DNA of 64,000 bases. It comes from Vezdaea acicularis (Eukaryota). The stretch covers positions 124,001 through 188,000 of the forward strand of contig JAPEUI010000022.1 of assembly GCA_026025075.1 (NCBI GenBank). Direction: 5' to 3'. The position numbers and the translations under genes are program-made. Positions 1 through 10,746 of the stretch are shown one piece after another. Position 1 is the stretch's first letter. Every line of letters starts with the position of its first letter. The notes below the pieces were generated by a model. The model saw nothing but the letters and a program-made list of their open reading frames with translations, was not told the DNA's origin and did not search any database.

Positions 1-1241
1 CTTGTTACTGACGATAAATAGTACTCCGAGAAGCCCACAATACTCTTAGCTCTACTGATTGAGCAATATTGACTCTCATTTAACATTTTCCAAACACTCA
101 CAGTCAGCTCTCTGCCAGTGTAAAACATCAGACGCACTACCTTCATTTTTTCACATTCCTCAAACTTGGATAGCTACGACGGTATTCTTTCTCCTAGTCT
201 TAGGCTTGAGGCTCTCCTTGAGTTAAGCGTAAAGCGTGAAGCGTGTTGCTACTGAAACTTCCCCAATTTCCTTACACGATCTTGTGGCATACGACTTTCA
301 TGACATTTTATTCTGTTTGATATGCTTTCTTGGTCTCTGTCCTGAATTATTCTATGTATGATGGTGCCCGCCTATTTGGTATAAATTGGAAAGCGGGAGG
401 TGGACCATGCGAGGTTGTTTATCAGCCTTAGGGTTTTTGTAGGAGAATAGGCAAAGTGATGGAAATAGGTGCGTGTGCGTCAAGAGCGGAGGAGAAAAGG
501 TACGAGGCGTATCATATCCTATCAAGAAGCAAGCTATCGAGCAATCGATCCTTAGGTTACCAAAAAAAGAAACAATCTCTCCAATCCTTGGCTGTAATTC
601 GAGTTCTCACGCGTCCATTTCGGGTAAAGAGTTTTCGATATGATGCTATACATACATGCCCGGATATTCCGGGTGCATGTAGAAACTAGGGATAGGCCTA
701 ATACTTTGAAGTGCATGTCTGCAGAGAATGGACTCGGTGTATTTCGCACGTTTGAACGGCTTGGAATGGCGGAGAACCATTTGGGGAAAAAATATGGAAA
801 TGGGGGTATTTGGATGCCCACTAAGGGGAAAAGAGGGATGCTGTGTCTGTAACTGATCGTAGGTCTAATCTGGAGCCCTGGGCGGCCAGTATGGGGGACC
901 AAACTAGCTAAAATGCCATCGTGATGACTGGAACGAAGCTGACTCGGCTTAACATGTGCGTAAGAAGCACCACTTCTGGTATTGTCTGGAGGTATGTATA
1001 CATCTCAACTTTTTACAACATCCGTCATGAGGATGACACCAACATTGACGCCCGCAAGCCCATTTTGCTATAGCCCAACGCCTGCACGCGAGAGAAACCT
1101 CCATCACCACCGCCACGGCTGATGTTTGCCGTGTTGCAAGTGCAAGGCTCTACGCCTCAAGCCAGCACGCCGACCAGGCCCGGAATGCGGCAAGAAATGG
1201 CCGATGCATGAGCACCTCCAGAAAGAATGGCCCATAGAGCC

Positions 1242-1844
1242 TCACCGCCAGTTCAAAAGTCGCCGTATGCCCTCCGCTCCGCCTCGCCAGTGATCGCTGT
1301 TGTAAAAGGCGGCCCCGAACTTGCGGTTCTTGAGCTTCTCCTCCAAGTCTTCTCTTTCTTCGAATGCTTGCGAACGCCAGCCGCGCACCCGATTGGACTT
1401 TGCCAATGCTGTCTCATTGGCGCCTAAGGTACCCTCGTGGTTGTCATACTCAGGGCCACTGGCACCAAAGCGACACTCGCAATTGGACCTGCACCAGGCG
1501 ACGTAATTGGGGAATTTCCTCTCAATGGGCCCTTTGCAGCCAAGACGGCCCTCTTGAGAAGGTATGAATGGACCGACGCACTCACAGCCAACAGAGGGGA
1601 GGTCTGGCCTGTGGTGAAATCGGCAGAACTGGTTCAGGTCGCGATAATCATCTCGTTGTGCGTGTTCGGGACCCAGGCCTTCAGGAGGCCAGAAGTTGGG
1701 GAGGTCTCCGCTGCAGTCTGGCTCGGGAAAGCGTTCCACTGTCAGGAAAGGATCGCTTTGCCCTGCATTGGTGCTGGCGAATACGAAGGTAGAGGTGAAG
1801 GCGATAGCAAGCAGGGTGTAGATGTTGACTGTGAGGACCTGCAT
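1242..1844 (-). CDS. Secreted cysteine-rich protein (8-Cys domain), effector-like
   Basis: Single-exon ORF. The likely start is ATG 1844, followed by a hydrophobic signal peptide (MQVLTVNIYTLLAIAFTSTFVFA). It has 8 Cys in the pattern CSGDLPN...LNQFC...GCEC...C...WCRSNCEC, shared with the 6889-7824 protein. Confidence 0.75.
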   Translation of the reverse strand: MQVLTVNIYTLLAIAFTSTFVFASTNAGQSDPFLTVERFPEPDCSGDLPNFWPPEGLGPEHAQRDDYRDLNQFCRFHHRPDLPSVGCECVGPFIPSQEGRLGCKGPIERKFPNYVAWCRSNCECRFGASGPEYDNHEGTLGANETALAKSNRVRGWRSQAFEEREDLEEKLKNRKFGAAFYNSDHWRGGAEGIRRLLNWR

Positions 1845-2620
1845 TGAGACTGAAGTCGGTGAAGAGTGTTTGGGCGAGGTTCTTACAGTGAGTGCGGGCA
1901 TGCTGTCACTTTAGAAACTAATAAGGCTCAGGGCTGGGGCTCAAGTACTCGGTGGGGCGTCCGTATGGAAATCCCGCAGATACTGTTAGACATAGCTGAG
2001 TCGCCGTTGGAATACTTTACTTGTTTTGACTAGGGTTACGCGAAGTCAAGTCGACGCAACCGAGTGATAGTCAGTCTCAAATGACCGATGTGACGCTGAT
2101 TGAGGCATTTTGTGCACGTTAGATCGTTTGAAGGCCCGTTGCTACACACGCGAAAGTTGAAATTGCCGAATAGTAGTACGTATGGTGGGATTTATCGTAA
2201 TGCAACGGCAACCAACGATTCCCACAACCTTTGCCTTTCAAATGGAAGAGCCTTTGTCGATAGACGAGTCTAGCTGAGAGGCATACAAGTCGTAAAATGG
2301 ACTGTATATAGAAGAAGTGCAGTGCAAGGTTCAAGTAGTAAGACCTGGAGCATAGATGATCACGGTTCATACCCTTGTGGGATAGTGAACCGTTGAATTG
2401 CATCGTACTTGCGATTCTTGTCAAGGATTGGCATGACGCTAAGAGAAAAATCAATGCGATGTCTGATCTGACCGTGTGGAATGTCCCAAAAGCTCTCTCA
2501 ACTGGAATTATCGATGAATGAGAAAGTCATCCATGGAATGAATGAAACCAAGAATTGCTTAAAGACTTTCCCGCTCCAGGCAAAGAAAGGGTTCCTTCAA
2601 ATGCATATCGTGACGGAGAC

Positions 2621-3079
2621 ATGATAGAATATACAAGTGATAGACTGATCCAAGCTGGACTTAATCCTACTCTGGTTGCTACGATAATTTCTTGGGTGCA
2701 CCAAGTCGTCCGTGCGGCCGTTGAGGAGTCCGAGACGGACGCCTTCTTAGCTTACACATGTGTAGGCATTTTCGTCACCCAACTATCAATCGGAGTGCTC
2801 TGCACGGCGCGAAACCTACTCGTAGCTGCGCTCATAGCCAAACTTGGCTGGAGTGGGTTCCTTGCTTGGTCTGTGAGACAACCTGCTAGTAGCACAAGAC
2901 TGGCCGACGTGGAACATGATGCTAACAGAGCTTTGACGGAACCAGGCCAAGTTCTGGTACGTGGGCTAAGGAACAGAATGCATAGCTCCACCTTGGTCAA
3001 CCCGAGTTTAGGGGCCGAGGATGGAAGAGAAGAAGATATGCCGGGTGCTTGGCCGCATGATCCCAATGTAGACGCTTGA
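2621..3079 (+). CDS. Hypothetical protein with hydrophobic segments (possibly the last exon of a larger gene)
   Basis: Open frame 2555-3079 with first ATG at 2621, two hydrophobic stretches and a C-terminal MPGAWP. No family recognised. Confidence 0.35.
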   Translation: MIEYTSDRLIQAGLNPTLVATIISWVHQVVRAAVEESETDAFLAYTCVGIFVTQLSIGVLCTARNLLVAALIAKLGWSGFLAWSVRQPASSTRLADVEHDANRALTEPGQVLVRGLRNRMHSSTLVNPSLGAEDGREEDMPGAWPHDPNVDA

Positions 3080-4740
3080 GAAATCAGTCAGAATTTAGGG
3101 TTCAGAGCTCAATTCATCGAGAAAAAGAGAGCAATAGAGGAAAAGCGTATGACCTGGAGAATAGGGTACTCTAGTACTGAGGATGAGCTTCAAAGAGATT
3201 TATCAATGAACATAGTCGAGGGACTGATGTTGAACATAAGAGGAAGCGTAATTGTGAGTGAATTGCTCTCTTGCAGACATAAATCATAAATCATCAGTAA
3301 GCAATGGCAAGAAAGAGATTCTCGTCTCTACCCTCAGAAGTCTTGGTATATGGTTGCAGCCATAGAGAGTTGGTTAAGGAATGGAAGACAGCGAATTGAA
3401 GCCAAAAGCAGCGAGTGACCGATGCTTCTTTGCCACTCGGGAAGTCGCTTCGTTTAAAAGGAAATGAAGCCATGCAAAACTTTCACAAAGCCCGTGCCCT
3501 CTCGCTTTCCGTCGCTTGCCTCCGAAGGAGTTGTTTCATGCTCGACGACGGTAAGTATCTTTGGAGGCCTACGCGAGAAGAGGCTCGCATGCGGCGAGGG
3601 CAAGGCTGAGCGTGATGCAGCAACGGCTGGTTAACTCCGTGGCTTTGCGAGGCCGCATAGGATGTATCAAGCTTGATGGGGTGTGTTGCGCTTAACAAGG
3701 CTTCGTATTCTATGCGTGTTGACATCTGCCTAAATGGAATTCCGCTGATTAGCCCACGCGGAGACAGTTCCTTTTCCCCATTCTAGACGCTCCGGAAGGA
3801 AGACGAAGAAGGGTACGTATCCGGGGTTCGGATAGGGTTCAAGATGCGGTCCCACGGCCTCTCCTCTGCGGGCTTAGCGCTGTCGTTCATCCAGTCTCTG
3901 CATCGGTTAGCCCGCCACGATTCATGCACTAGAGAATTGAATCAACGTATTTCGGGCATGACGCGCGGAATAGAGATCAGATTCGGGAGCAAGCAGATGA
4001 AAGGCGTTCAGTGTAGGCGGCGATAGTCTTGTTGTGCTCTGGAGATCTCTGTTGAACTTCGCTCTCTACTGTTGAGTGGTATTGTGTGAGGTGATACACT
4101 GCGCAAATTTGATGAGGCAGCGCAGGGCTCCTCCGAGACGCGCACTCCGTTGCTTAGACAGGATACTATTGACTCAAGCTCAAGAGATGAGCATCAGTAG
4201 GTTGATCACAGTATTGAAAGGCTTTTGACAAACTTGAGTATCTACTACCAATATTGTTCGATTGTCCTGGTGGCTGTCACTGCTGTTTCTCGGCAAGAGG
4301 AGTAAATCCCTTGGCCATCGTTAGGGCAACCTCCTCTTGTTCCTGTGAGCGCCAGTGGCCCTTTTTCGCTTAGCGCCAAGCCCGATTCGGTCGGCCCTTG
4401 GTTCCCCCACCACTCTGCTGCAGGCCTCGAGCAAGCGCTGCTGGGCCTGTAGGATATGTCCTATCCCTCCTGTCCATCTAGCAACTTCACCTTCAACTTC
4501 AACTGTCTATTTTGCAACAGACTCCTCCTCGTCGCGACTTCTCTTCTCTTCAAATACATAGCTTCCTATATTTATTTGCAACCGGAACAATCGTTCGGTA
4601 ACGTTTTTGCGCTACTTCAACCCAGCCGCCTCTTCCCCGAGATTGCGGGTAGATCCAACAACGCGGCGCTTCCCCTAGTTTTGGAATAGCCTCATATCAT
4701 CCGAGGGGCATCGGGGGATCTTCTCTTTCCTTACCACATC

Positions 4741-6288
4741 ATGGCATTTCCTACAACATATCACGAAGACTCTGATGCAGACGATGAGTATGAACGTAGT
4801 ATGACCTCTCCTCATCTCGCTGAGTCTGAGGCTTCGCCAACCGACTCTGACCCTCGATCTGCGGAGCATACGCCCACTCTGTACGGGAATTTCGGTGATG
4901 ACCGATCACCGAGCGCTCTTATTACTGATTGGTCTGCTGATGAGGTTGCGGACTATATCTCGACACTGGGGCTGTCGCAATATGTCGATGCTATACTAGG
5001 TAGGTTGCCTGGAGTAGTTCGAGCGAACGCTGATGGTCACTGACAGTCTTAAACACAGATAACGAGGTTGTTGGAGAAGCACTCATAGCACTACGGCATG
5101 AAGAGCTCAAAGAGCTTGGAATGATAAGTATGGGTCATCGTCTGACAGTCCTCAAAAGCGTATACGATATAAAGAAAGCGCAAGGCGTCTCCATAGAACC
5201 TGAGCATTATGTTCCAATGAGTGAGTTCTCACACCATCTGTCTAAGTGAGGCACCTTTGTTGATGATTTCAGCTGCCGAAACAACCCAGCAGGATGCAAC
5301 AGCAACGAGGGAAGATATCACTCGCATCATACAATCCATCAAATTACGAGACCAACGGATAATAGCGGCTGAACAAGAGCTACAGAAGGTCACGGAAGAC
5401 TACCGAAAATTAAGAGAGGAGCTTTTACCCGTCTTTAGGATGGCTAAGGACAAGTCACATCCACTACCTTTCCATCCAGGAGATGAGCCTTATGACCAGG
5501 TGGGTTCAACCCCCCAGCCTCCGCCATGGCCTGAGAGAAACGATGCTGGCCAAAAGCAACCCATAAAGAGACTTTCCGGAGCAAATAAGCTGATGGGTAG
5601 TTCACCGACTTACTTTACTTCATCACAGGAAAACAAATCACCTCGAGAAGTCGGCCCCTCGATTGCAGCTGTTACAGCATCGAATCATCTTACTGCTACC
5701 GTGAACGGTGGATCCTCCTCCAATTCTCCTGGCGCAAATAACAACATGCCTTCACCTACTTCCCCACCTCATCAGAATACACTACAGGCCGGTAGATATC
5801 GAGGAGACCCGCCATCCGCTAGATCGGCACAATTTGGTAGAGACGAGTCATGGGCGTCTAGCGCACCAACAATAATCGAAAACGGTCGAGGTTCGACTTC
5901 GGGGGCAAGTCGACGGCAGCAGGAATCACAAGCTGAGCCTCCGGGTTCTGCAGGTCTGAGTGACCGTAACCCACCGAGTGTTGAGATTTTCAAGTCTTTC
6001 CGGGTCGGCTTCGAGGACCCTTGTTACAAGGTTCTTCCCGCCGCATTAAAGAAGTACAACATCAATGCAGACTGGAAACAGTATGCTTTGTACATTGTAT
6101 ATGGGGACCAGGAGCGTTGCCTAGGCTTGAACGAGAAGCCATTAATTCTCTTCAAGCAACTAGATAAGGAAGGGAAGAAGCCAATGTTCATGCTGCGGAA
6201 ACACGCTGCGCCTGCAGAGGGCCATTCGGCAACTTACAATCCAGACGCAGGCCATGCGACGGTCAGCACACCAGGGGGCGTACTTTAA
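4741..6288 (+). CDS. STE50: MAPK pathway adaptor Ste50 (SAM + Ras-association domain)
   Basis: Exons 4741-4999, 5059-5220 and 5273-6288. SAM domain (WSADEVADYISTLGLSQY...GEALIALRHEELKELGI) and C-terminal RA domain (FKSFRVGFEDPCYKVLPAALKKYNINADWKQYALYIVYGDQERCL). Confidence 0.95.
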
Positions 6289-6888
6289 TGATTGGGCTTC
6301 GCTTTGGGCAGAACCGTTCAGGATTGCATGGCGTGGTCTTTATATTCATTTCAATTGTCAAAACTTATTGCAGCGTCTTCTAGTCTTTTCGCGGCGATAC
6401 TGCTCTGAGCATCTCTCACGGACGCTCTTTAGGGTAAGGCGAACGGGGTCTGTAATGTGTTTCAGTGTAGGGCGTAAGGGAGCATTTATGACCATTGGAA
6501 AGTCATATCCTCCGGTTTCACTTAGAAGCCGGGAGGAAATCTGCATGAAAGACAGTATAGGCCTGGATCGCAAATCCACAAAAAAGAAATGGCCCGAAGT
6601 CTCACTTTTGTGAACTGTAAGACATTCAAGAAAACCCTTATCTTCCTCAAGTTTCCTTCGACCTGGTTGAAGGAAGAGTGAGGGATCACTGCCTGCACGG
6701 TGCTGCGCACGGTCATATAGCACTGTTCTATCTGCGCGAGAAAATGGTGCGCGTCCCTCCATGTCTTCACGTCACAACAACGAGACTTTCTCTGAGCTTC
6801 CCGGCCTCCTCCAACATAGACGTTGTTTGGAAATCAACCACCTGACAGTGTCATGCTTGATATCCTGGCAGGCGTTCGGCTTCTTTAG

Positions 6889-7824
6889 ATGATGAGACTT
6901 TCGTCTCTGCGATCATGGCTCCTCTCGCCTTACGCATTTTCAGCCTTCCTTTCGCTCTCTTTCTCCCCAGTTGCAGAGTCCGCAGGCCCGTTAGCCTATA
7001 TCACCTGCGACGATGGTCTCCCGAATGACAACGATCAACGAATCTCTTACGATTTGCGAGGCCTCGAGTTCGTGCCGAAGTACCCACCAACGATGCGAAG
7101 AATGGACTTCCTCAACCTTGAAGACCTCTGCGTCCACTCCCAAGATCCCGGTAACGCTGGCTGTTTATGTAGTGCCTTTCCCAATGCAACTCATGACACA
7201 AGGGTAGACTGTTACCCTCTTTGGGATTGGGGGAGCTTAGGGTTGGGTCAACACGGCCAGGAATCGGCACCAAACGGCTGGAACGAGGAAATCTTCCGGC
7301 GATTTCGCAGGTGGTGCATACGCCATTGCAGCTGTCACCAAAACCCATCTTATGCAAGCCAAGACCCTGTTCGAGTGGCAGAGTTAGAAGACATGATCAG
7401 GCTTGTAGCGTATTGGCAAATTCAACATGGGGAGGACTTTGAGCTTCTGAACTCTGCCCTGAGGCGTATAGAGAGTGTGGGAAGCTGCGACACTCGCCGC
7501 GACTCGGGAGAAGTCGGCAGGAGAAGGAGCTCGTGCGATAGATGCGACAGGCCTTGCACTGGCAATCGCGATTGCTTAGGGGATTGCGATATCTGTACGT
7601 CTGTGACGAAAGTTGAAAGCGGCTTTCTTTCATGGTGTTCCAACAGCGAGAGTTGGTTCAGTGTTACAAGCATCTCAAGTTTGGCTGGCTTATCGAAGAG
7701 GGGAGAAGCGGTCATGGCTTGTCCTTGCAATGCCACCTACGTGAGCGAGAGCTGCTGCGGTAGTGTAGATGGTATGGTGTGGGAGGGACGGGAAAAGTTC
7801 TTGGGTGTCGTAGCAAATATATAG
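6889..7824 (+). CDS. Secreted cysteine-rich protein (8-Cys N-domain plus second Cys-rich C-terminal module)
   Basis: 311-aa single-exon ORF with an N-terminal hydrophobic signal, about 20 Cys, and C-terminal KR...CPCNATYVSESCCGSVDGMVWE. Confidence 0.85.
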   Translation: MMRLSSLRSWLLSPYAFSAFLSLSFSPVAESAGPLAYITCDDGLPNDNDQRISYDLRGLEFVPKYPPTMRRMDFLNLEDLCVHSQDPGNAGCLCSAFPNATHDTRVDCYPLWDWGSLGLGQHGQESAPNGWNEEIFRRFRRWCIRHCSCHQNPSYASQDPVRVAELEDMIRLVAYWQIQHGEDFELLNSALRRIESVGSCDTRRDSGEVGRRRSSCDRCDRPCTGNRDCLGDCDICTSVTKVESGFLSWCSNSESWFSVTSISSLAGLSKRGEAVMACPCNATYVSESCCGSVDGMVWEGREKFLGVVANI

Positions 7825-8114
7825 AGCATGCAGCATGATGGAGCACATAACGGTGGGATCAGCATAAAGACTGCGCAGTGATAAGAGATAGAATGTATAT
7901 TATTTCACATATTCTCTCACTGGCTTTCGGAAGGTACCTTGCAGAGCGGAAAAACCCCCGCCGACGATCTGCCGAGGCACGCGACGCGCTTGGAGCTCTG
8001 CTTCCCCCCCGAGAATCGACAGATGACATCGACACCAATGCTCTTAAAGACCACAAGACCTGACGTATAACTAACAGTAGACCTCGCCCCTTTTAGGTAA
8101 AAGGCCCCGGAAAT

Positions 8115-8540
8115 ATGTCCGTCACCTCCAAAACCCGCTTCACCCCCCCCTCCACAGCGAACCCAACGCCCCAACGTAGCGACATAAACGCCCTCCTCCT
8201 CGAGAGCGGGGCGATCTCACGGTAAGCTGAACAACCACCACCAAGCATATTCTCAGCCCACCAGACGATTCCTTCTGACGTGTCAATATTTGCCAGGATT
8301 CATGCTCAGGTCCTGCATCACTTGCACACCGTGGCCTTCCCTCGTACGGTACACAACCTGACTCTCTCGCTCCTCCGCAGTGGGGAGTGTACGTCTTTTC
8401 CGGCGGCGATGGAGAAGGTCAAGCAGGAGATAAGGGAAGGGAGGGTGAAGGTGCCGGATGAGGCGGTGACTGAGGGAATAAGGGCTGTGCTGGGGGCGCT
8501 ACGGGAATTATGTGAATTCGAGGAGAAGAAGGGGGTGTAA
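8115..8540 (+). CDS. SUS1: Sus1/ENY2-like transcription and mRNA export factor
   Basis: Exons 8115-8221 and 8297-8540 (GTAAGC...CTGAC...CAG intron). RSDINALLLESG, VHNLT..TSF and VPDEAV...ALRELC match the recalled Sus1 pattern; the usual GW motif reads AF. Confidence 0.7.
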
Positions 8541-9009
8541 TGGGTAATACTCAGGCGAGAGAAATGCTGGAAGAAGGAAAGGGGGCGGCGGAGGAGAGAG
8601 AATGTGGGGAGAGAGTGCATATTGCGTTGGAGGACAATCAGAGTTGGAACGGCGTGGCGTTTCAGGCTGTCATTTAGGGGGCCATTGGGCAGTCATGTTT
8701 AACTGCATTAAGAATCTAATGCTAAGGACCGAAGGTCTGGATGTTATAAACATCCCCTTGCACATGGACATACGTGAATTTGGATATTCACCTCCAACGA
8801 CCTGGGAGAATCCATGCTGGCAAGGCCTATCGGCTGCTCAAATGTCGCCATACGCCTCTGTTCGCCACTAAATGCTTAACACAGCGGTTACTGAAGATGC
8901 CCAAATTCTTCGAAAAGAACGAGAGTAGTTGCCGCTAAAGTTAGACAACCATACGATAGTGCCTCATTCCATATATGAAGGCCGGCCTGGTTGGCCACTT
9001 TATGACTCT

Positions 9010-10282
9010 TCACTCGACCTCCATGGCCCCATCAGCGCCCCTTTTCTCCTTGACGAATAGAACGAACTCGTCCAGAACGCTTGGCCAAGCACCGCCCTCA
9101 TCCCACCAACTAAAAGTCTCGTCTTCCTCTGTCTTAATGAGGAATTCATAGAGCATGTTCCACATGTCTCGATTTACTCCTCTTGTCCATTTGGTCTCGA
9201 CGTATTCTAGCCAATATTCTAGCCAGGGTGTATTCTTTGAGGTCCAATTCAATCCGCCCGAGGAGAGTAAGAGTTTCCAGTATACAACGGCCATGTCCAG
9301 AGGAATAGACTTCTGGCTTGGCGAGGAGCGTGCTAGGATAAAAGTATGTCGGTACACAAGCTTGAAACGTGACCGATCAGTTGCAAAGTTGCTGCGCAAG
9401 GAAGCGACGGCTGTTTTTTGTGCCTGGAGCGTAGAGGCACTAACCGTGCGTCAGTACTATCTTGAAAAAGGGGATGTCTCCTTACTTCAAGGAGGTCCAG
9501 CCCTCTATGAAGCCCTGTCGCGTGAGTTCTCCCATACCAGGTGCTTGAAGTACTTGCGAGACGGCAAGCACAGCAGGCTCATCAAGGCTCACTTCCAGGT
9601 GACCGAAGTACTTAATAACGCCATCAATGCTAACAGCATCTGGGGCGTCTTGTGGTGATTCTAGCACCGTGATTAGCTCAATTCCAAGAGACTACAGAAG
9701 CTACTTACCCCGATAGCTATCAAAGAGCCTATTAAGAGCCGATGTTTGACTTGATAGGCCGCCTGAACTTGACGTGCCTGAACTCTGGAAATGTCTGCGT
9801 GATTTTGCTTTGTTGTCAGCTTGCGAGTGCCGTCGTTTGAGATCGCGAATTTGTTCTTGTTGTCCTGCACCTCCAAGAAACATGATGACTACAGGGCTTT
9901 GTGACACGTAGTCCTTTTTGGAAGATGATAGAAGAGAAACTCTTATAGGAGAACCTCCTAATTTTAAAATGAAGTAGTAAGAAATGTGTATGGGGTAGAG
10001 ACGCAGCAAGGTTGAGAACAGAGAATTTACACACGAATTTGTAGCTTGTTGAATATTCCAATTATGGATTTTCAGAAGCTAGAGTTCGGGTCAGCCATAT
10101 CATCGCGCTTCCCTTTTCCACATTAGGCAACTGCGTTCAAGGGTACTTGGGTAGGAGCTTTGTAAATTCTACGGAGACGTGCTTTCAAAGTTTAGACTGA
10201 CCCTTGCCGCAGAACGCTCTGGTAGATTAGTGACTGCGATGAGCCGAGAGATGGCATCTTTCTGGGATGCGGTGTAAGGCAT
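9010..10282 (-). CDS. DCN1: Defective in cullin neddylation protein 1 (UBA-like + PONY domain)
   Basis: Five exons reading MPYTASQKDAISRLIAVTNLPERSAAR / LLKIHNWNIQQATNS / HFQ...LNRLFDSYR / ...GFIEGW / ...FKLVYRHTF...WDEGGAWPSVLDEFV. Confidence 0.93.
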
Positions 10283-10746
10283 TTATATACACTAGCCAGC
10301 AATATCGCCAGAGAAGGAGTTAAAGGAGCAATGAAATTCGAGCGTGCGTACGTATTGCGAACGGTTGATGGTGTTGTTATTAGTGGGGTGACCCCACGTA
10401 CTTGAGGAACAAAACGCCTATCAGGCACGTCAGGCTGAAGGCTCGGCAAAAAGATACTCCAGCTTACGGTTTCCCCCTACTTCAAAGAGAGATGATATAA
10501 CTGAGATAGCCCAACCACATAATTCTCTAAAGGCCTGCAGCGCGATGAAAGTGAGCCAATTGGCGATCCACGATTTATTAATCGTTAAGGCTATCTGGAT
10601 ACGCATCTTCTCGTACAGTGCAGCCGATATGGCCGCTAACTCGCAGACTAGGTAGGATATAATACAAACGCACAATGAGCACTCATAAAGCTCAGTGTCT
10701 CCACGAGGCCCACCCAATAAAACAAAAAAGGATTTAATGACACGGA

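Noticed and set aside
1..900. Short ORFs and a bulged hairpin TACATGCCCGGA-TAT-TCCGGGTGCATGTA (653-681) as a possible transposon end
   Set aside because: No partner terminal repeat, target-site duplication or transposase-like sequence is visible in the window.
3400..4000. Possible small spliced gene on the minus strand (CTAAC/CTAAT branch sites with acceptors near 3900 and 3730)
   Set aside because: Donor sites are poor and no consistent recognisable protein could be assembled.
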